Positions 57,048 to 64,000 of a DNA stretch of 64,000 nucleotides are shown here, one piece after another. Origin of the DNA: Salpingoeca rosetta (Eukaryota; Protista; Choanoflagellata); assembly GCA_033442325.1 (NCBI GenBank), contig JAWQFM010000002.1:2229315-2293314 (forward strand), given 5' to 3'. A program made the position numbers and the translations under genes. Below the pieces are notes generated by a model that had not been told where the DNA came from, made no database searches, and saw nothing but the letters and a program-made list of their open reading frames with translations. Every line of letters begins with the position of its first letter. Position 1 is the first letter of the stretch.

Positions 57048-57610
57048 ATGGGAAGGAGGAAGCAGCGGGGCCGCTCTGGCGGCTCAACCAACAAGAAGAA
57101 GGGATCTCGCAAGCAGGCCATTGACACCGACGAAGATGTGCGTTGTCGCCGGGGAGGGCTAAACCATGCTTGACTTGCCTGCATGTCGCGCACGCACGTG
57201 CACACGTGCACACGTGTGTGCGTGGCTGCATCGTCTTTCCCTTTGCTGCGCTCATTCTGTGGGTCATCCTGCCTTGGGTGCATGTCTTTCTTGATGTTCT
57301 TGTCACAGTTCCAGCGTCGGGACGTGTACAATGCAGATGCCATCGACTTCTCCAAGGTCAAGCCTGTGGATGAAGGCGACTCTGACCAGGAGTATGCCGT
57401 CGGCTCTGGCGAGGACGAGGATATTGACTCCGATGCCGTGAGTATCCTTGTGCCACCACCACATTACATAGCACATGTCCAAGGGCAAGCGCGCCGTCCC
57501 CTGCACGTAGCCATGCACATGCACAAATACACAAACACAGACAAGCGGCACGCATGCAATACTGCCGCTCACCACATCCACGCACACACACTCGCCCACA
57601 CGCACTCACT

Positions 57611-57651
<41 letters not shown>

Positions 57652-58394
57652 ACACTCGCACACGCACACTCACACGCACACGCACACTCACACGCACACG
57701 CACACACACTCTCTCACCCACACATACACACTCTCTCACTCACACACTCGCTCGCCGCACACACGCGCTTTGTACTCCTAGGCGCTCGACTCCGAAGACG
57801 AGCAGATGTTCGAGGACATTATGCAGGGCAAGAAGCCGGCCAAGGCCGCAGCCCGAAAGCAGAGCAAGAAAGCGTCGCTTCGCCCACAGCTCGACCTCTT
57901 GGACGAAGATGACGACAACATGGCCATGCACGCAGACAACGCAGCCTCCGAGGTATTTGGTCTTTGTTCCATTCCGTGTGTACGGCAACCACACTGGCAC
58001 AAGCGCAAACATTATCGTGCGTTGGCATTGTGACAGGCCACCTTGGGTCCACGTGATCAGCACCCTTTAAGGCCTGTTGCTCGTCACTAAGCACCCACCA
58101 CTCATCTGCAGACGTCTGACCTTGTTGTGTGCGGCAGGATGACGATGATGACGCCGATGACTACATGGACCTGTCTGAGATGCTGACACGCGGTGACGGT
58201 ACGCGCTTGTGAACGGGGTGCATGCTTTGGGGTGGGCCGACGTCGTGTATCAACCAGATTTGCACGATTTGCTCGTTGAGTGCGGAACAAACAACAACAG
58301 CAGTGCTGGTTGCACCTCTGTATCCATTCCCAAAGTCGCACACGTACTGACTACAACATCCCTTCATCCCCACCAATACATGCCCACTCACATG

Positions 58395-58469
<75 letters not shown>

Positions 58470-58815
58470 TCCCACTCACATTCCCACTCACATGTCTACA
58501 CACGTTCACGCTCTTGTCCATGGCACAGGCGACGACAAGCCCGCCAAGGAGGGAGGCGAAGCCGCTGCTGGTGGTGTGCCCGCTGATGCTGACGACGATG
58601 ATGATGACGACGACGGTGACGCTCTTGATGATGACGAGGCGCAGGAGAAGTACCAGCAGGTTGTGGACGGCTTTCTCAACATGAGCAAGACCCTTGTTGA
58701 CCGCCACGGTGCGTACGTGTGTTTGTGTGTGCATGTGTGTATGTATATGTGTGTATGTGTTTACAGTGCACTCGTTCATCACACTTCACCGCATTCCAAT
58801 TGCTTGCCGTCCTAA

Positions 58816-58908
<93 letters not shown>

Positions 58909-58943
58909 CATCACCATCGTCATCATCATCATCATCACCATCG

Positions 58944-58995
<52 letters not shown>

Positions 58996-59171
58996 TGCGT
59001 ACATGGTCGATGCTTGCAGAGCGAACGGAGGCCGAGGCGCCGAGCATGGCAAACGTGACCGGCACTGCCGCCACAGACAAGGTCTCCCTCACAGACCTCC
59101 TGGGCACACTCGGCGACGGCGGCGCAAAGATTGGACGTACGTGTGTGTTTTATGTATTGTGTGCTGTGTGT

Positions 59172-59206
<35 letters not shown>

Positions 59207-60379
59207 TTGGTTAGGAGGGGAAGGTACATGTGGGACGAGGAATTAAGGGCTGTTGCGGCTGTGTAATGTCGTGAAATGGGCTCAAGGCAACGTTGTGATG
59301 AGACGTTGTGCTGCGCGCACACGAACTGCATCTGCCAAGCTAACCACCCCAAGTACAACTCAACCCATGTTTGCATGTCTCCCTCACACCCCATCCCCCC
59401 TCGCTCTCTACCTGTACCTCGTCCCTGTGCTGCTGTGGTTGCTCAACAGGCCTGAAGCAGGCGCTGGCGCCCCTCAGCGCTAAACAGAGCACGATGAAGC
59501 TTGACACGCCGCTTGGCCGCGCTGCAAAGGAGAAGATTGCCCGCCAAACGGCATTCACACAGGCAGCAGAGAACGTTTCCCGATGGGTATGTGTCGTCTG
59601 GCCAAGAGAGGATGTATGGATGTGCGTGTGCGTGCGTGTGCATGCGTGATTGCGTGTATGTGTGTATGCATGGGTGTGCGTGCGTGTGTGCGTGTGTGCG
59701 TGTTGCTTTTGACACCCTTGCAACCGTGACTCCGCATCCACGTCGTTCTCACCACCACCATGATGACGACGATCACCACCACCACCACCACCACCACCAC
59801 TGACAGGAACCGATTGTGCGGGAGAACCGGCGTGCGGACTTTGTGTCGTTTGCGGGCGACCCGACAGCCAAGCGTCTCATGTCCACTGTCGCCGCCCTTG
59901 CAACCAAGTTCAAGCCAAAGTACGACGTCGAGAAGCAGGTAACGGCTCGCCCTTCCATTGCACCACCATGTGCTTTGTGATGTTGTTTGTTTGTTTGTTT
60001 GGTTGGTTGGTTGGTTGGTTGGTTGGTTTCTTTCTTGCAATGTCCTGCTTGTGATTGCGCGTTCTGCCCACAGCTGCCTGTGCTCACCTCCAACCGCTCT
60101 CGCTACCTCGCCTCTTCCTCATCTCACCTCTGCGTATGTGCCTGTGCATGTGGACGCGTGTATCAGATTGAGCAAGCGCTTCAGGCGAGCAAGGCGGTTG
60201 AGTCCCAGAAGAAGGCGTTGACAGAAGGAGAAAGCCTTGCCCTCAAAGGTATTATCAACATGTCGCGTGTTGGTGCTGCACATGTGCACACATTTGCACG
60301 CGGATGTGTTTTCACTCCTGTTCACGAAGCGCACGCTCAGCGTTTGGCCACCGTCACCATTCTCAACACACACGCACGC

Positions 60380-60425
<46 letters not shown>

Positions 60426-60673
60426 ACACACACACCAATGACAACAGCGCTGTCGCCAAAGGAGGCTGAGGCGCGCGTGCGTGAACTGGCGCGCATTCGG
60501 GCGCTCAACTCGTACTACGAGGCAAAATGCAGACGCATCAAGAAGATCAAGAGCAAGAAATACAGGAAGATCCGTCGCAAGGTCCGCAGCGTTGTTGCTG
60601 GAGTGTGCACTCTGCCTCTCGTTTGCATGTGTATGTGTGGTCATGTGTGCACGTTTGTTGTTGTTGCTGCTGC

Positions 60674-60706
<33 letters not shown>

Positions 60707-61607
60707 GGTTGTGGTTGTTGTTGATACTCTTATTTGCAGTTTGAAGGCACACATACACACACGCAACCACGCACACGTGTCACACACACATACACAAAAA
60801 CGTGATCCAATTCTCGCGTTATGACCGGCCAGGCTGCGCAGCGGCTTGATGACGAGAGCCTTGAGGAGTTGGACGAGGATGAACGGAAGCAGCGACTGCT
60901 CAAGCAGGAACGCAAGCGCGCAGAGGTACGTGTGACAGTATGGCCGTCATGGCGCTTGGTGTGATGGTGGTGGTGGTGGTGGTGGTGGTGGTTGACGCGA
61001 CCACGGGCGATGATGCCCGCATTTGTTGCCTCACGTGCACCTCACTGGTGTTGCATGCATTCTAGCTGAACGTTTGTCTTCCTCACACACGTGCACAAAC
61101 GCAAACAAAACCACCAACACACACACACGCAACCACACGCACGCGTGTACACACGCTGAATAGGAACGCCTGACGCTGAAGCACAAGAACAAGGGCAAGT
61201 GGGCCAAGCGAATGATGGCACGCGGGAGCATGGACGTGGACACACGCCGTGCCCTCAACGAGCAGCAGCAGCTGAGCCAGCAGCTGCTGAAGAAGGCGAC
61301 GATGCAGGAGTCGGACGACGAGCAGGGCGGCGACTACGACATGAACAGCGACTTTGACGAGGAGGAAGAGACGGTGGAGGACGCTGTTGCCGGTCTGGAG
61401 GAGGAACTGCGTGCGGCGCCGGCGAAGCAGACGGCCACGGGGATCGAGGGCATGAAATTCATGCAGCAGGCCGTGCAGCGGCAGCGCGAGGAGGCCGAGC
61501 AGAGTACGTTGCGATGCGTGTGCTGGCGTAATGCTTGTCGTTGTGTATGTTTGTGTGTTTCTGGTTGTTTGTTGTGTGGGTGGTACACGTGTGTGTGTTT
61601 GGATTTA

Positions 61608-61656
<49 letters not shown>

Positions 61657-64000
61657 AAAACGGCTTGCTGGCTTGTTTGTGTGATCGCTGCAGTCATTGA
61701 CAGCACCACAACCTCGCCACCTCCCTCACTACTTCAATCACCATCACCGCCTGCGCAGTGCTGCGAGAGCTGAAGGCTGAGCTGGCCGGTGGTGCGGCGG
61801 AGACGGACGACGTGTCGACGGCGCACAGGATGAAGCTTGGACCGTCGAGCAGCGGCAAGACAGCACGCGCCCGCAAGAACAAGGCAGATGCAGCAGCGGC
61901 AGCAGCAACGGCAAAGGAGAAGCGCGCAAGCAAGAAAGGTGGCGCTGACGACAGTGACGACGACGATGACAATGACGGCGTTGGTGGTGGTGTTCGCGAT
62001 GGCGCTGTTGCGAGTGACAGTGACAGCGCGAGTGACGATGAGAACGCGGACAGCAGCGCAGTTGTTGGTGGCGGCGATGACAGTGCAGCACCGCGATTCA
62101 GGGGCAAGCGCACGGTGCGGGCACGTGGTGCTGTTGAGGTGAAGATTGGTGCCAGTGGCGAGGATGTGGGCGACATGCAGGTGACAAGCGTGGAGACGCA
62201 CGCGGAAGCCGTGCATGGTGGTCTGGGTGGCACCACCACCAGCACCAGTCAGAAGAAGCAAGCGCGCGCCTCTGATACGCAGCAGGGCGGTGCAACCAAG
62301 TCAACGGGCGGTCCCAGTGCAAAGAACCAACAGCAGCAGAAAGGGAAGGCAGGTCAGGGCCAGCAGAAGCAGAACAAGAAGCAAGAGAAGAAGCAGGCGG
62401 CAGCAGGCACCACAACCAAGGAGAAGCAGAGCACCAAGAAGGCTAAGCAAGGCGATGATGCCACAGCAACAAAATCATCATCAGGAGCAGCAGCAAAGTC
62501 GAAGGCGAAGGCGAAGGCGAAGGAAGCCGCCCCGACGGACGCTGGCGAGACCAACCTGTTTCTTGCTGCCATGTCGCGGAAGCCTGAGGACAACAGCAGC
62601 AAACGCAAGGGCAAGAAGGGCAAGAAGGGCAAGGCAGGTGCTGCCAATACTGATGCTGAGAACCCCTGGATTCAGGCCGCTGCAGGCAACAACGCCGGTG
62701 GGTTACCGTGGTGCTTCTGCATGACTGTGTATGTATGACTGTATGCGTGCAAGAGGGGAGAGAGAGAGAGAGAGAGAGAATGTGCGTGTGTATGTGTGTA
62801 TGTGTAACTGTGTGCGTCTGCCTCTGTGGACGGAAAATACGCCTTCGTCTCTGGCCTGTTTTCCAACATTCGCACGTGTGCGTCATGCTCATCACCACAA
62901 CGTGTCACCATGATGGCAGGCCTGACACCGCAGATGGTGATCACGGACAAGTCGACGGCGAGCGAGAAGCGCATGGCCAAGCTGCAGATGCTGCGCAGCA
63001 AGGCGCACAAGAACAACGGCGCACCGCAGCTCAAGGACGTATGTGCTCGTGTGGCCGTTGCGGCGGTCCTCAGGGCTGCAATGCTGTGTCGGCTATGTTT
63101 GTATGCTCAAACTTGGCCTCTACCTTCACATACATGTGATACATATGCATACATACACTTGCACACACATTTGCACGCGTGCACACGCTGACACGTGCAC
63201 ACACACGGTCAAATGCACACACTTATTCGTACACGTTCATGTACACATTCTCTCGCATGCACATACACATACCGCGCATTGGTATCAGTTGGAAGCGGCT
63301 GTGACGAACACGACCGCGAAGCAGGCGGAGCTTGACGCAATCAAGAACGACGTTCTGGATGAAGACGAGGCGACCGCTGACGCAACGCAGGGACACACGC
63401 GCCTTGATCTCACCAAGTCCAACAAGGAGCTCATTGCACAGGTATGTGTGTATGTTGTGTGTGGTGTGTTGTGTGAGTGAGTCGTGTGGCATGTGGTGTG
63501 TTGTGCGTGTGCGGGTGCATGTTGCACATGCTGTTGGGTACATGCCCGTGTATGTGTTCTCTTCTCATGCGTGTGTTTTGCGTGGCTGGCAGGCGTTTGC
63601 ATCGGACGATGTATTGGCACAGGAGTTTGAGAAGGAAAAGGCCGCAATTGCAGATGCAGAGACGCCAAAGGTACTTGCGTGTGTGCGTACGTGCGTGCAT
63701 GCGTGTGTATTGCGTCTGTGTGTGTGTGTGTATTGCGTGTGCACGAGTGCATAGTCATGTACAATTTGTCATACATTGTATTGATGAATGCGGTGGTATA
63801 ATTTGCAGGACAAGGTGACATTGATGCCTGGTTGGGGCGAATGGGCCGGCGTTGGGATGAAGTCCTCGACCAAAGTCAAGTGCGTGTTCGTTCACAAGTG
63901 GTTGGAGCGGCGCCAACGGGGGAGGAGAGTGAAGAAAGGGGAGGAACACTTGCCGTTAACCCTCATGTTTCACTGGTACATTTGACGTTGTTGAAGCGGA
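57048..64000 (+). CDS. UTP14: U3 snoRNA-associated protein 14 (SSU processome); multi-exon, continues past the window
   Basis: ELARIRALNSYYEAKCRRIKKIKSKKYRKI, ERLTLKHKNKGKWAKRM, GMKFMQ, ENPW, ELIAQAFASDDVLAQEFEKEK, MPGWGEWAGVG. Confidence 0.92.

Noticed and set aside
58816-58996. (CAT)n tract giving polyD/polyM/polyS/polyI ORFs
   Set aside because: Trinucleotide microsatellite inside a UTP14 intron.

Overview
Intron-rich eukaryotic genomic DNA with GT-AG introns packed with (GT)n/(CA)n microsatellites. Gene content and repeat style suggest a choanoflagellate such as Salpingoeca; this is inference. Most six-frame ORFs are microsatellite artefacts, so genes were rebuilt by hand from splice sites. 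Ordinary genes, left to right: SAMD15-like SAM protein (-), mitochondrial Cys2/MetX-family O-acyltransferase (+), ECT2-like BRCT-DH-PH RhoGEF (+), ERO1 (+), intronless bZIP factor (+), PPxY tail-anchored protein (+), SCP2/prokaryote-type thiolase (-), DUF924 (-), two convergent Roadblock/LC7 paralogues, MFSD3 (-), and UTP14 (+, runs off the window). Between MFSD3 and UTP14 lies a ~15.7 kb decayed island (~41.2-56.9 kb). It holds an LRR-FN3 fragment, a 7-exon gene joining an XPG/FEN1/EXO1-family nuclease domain to a Fanzor1-like RuvC nuclease, a cadherin-EGF-L-domain-TMEM132/cohesin (coherin-like) fragment, and an IS630/Tc1-mariner DDE transposase. The XPG-Fanzor fusion is the most notable signal. 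It keeps all three RuvC catalytic residues, has 3' hairpins that may be an omegaRNA, and carries one frameshift in this copy.
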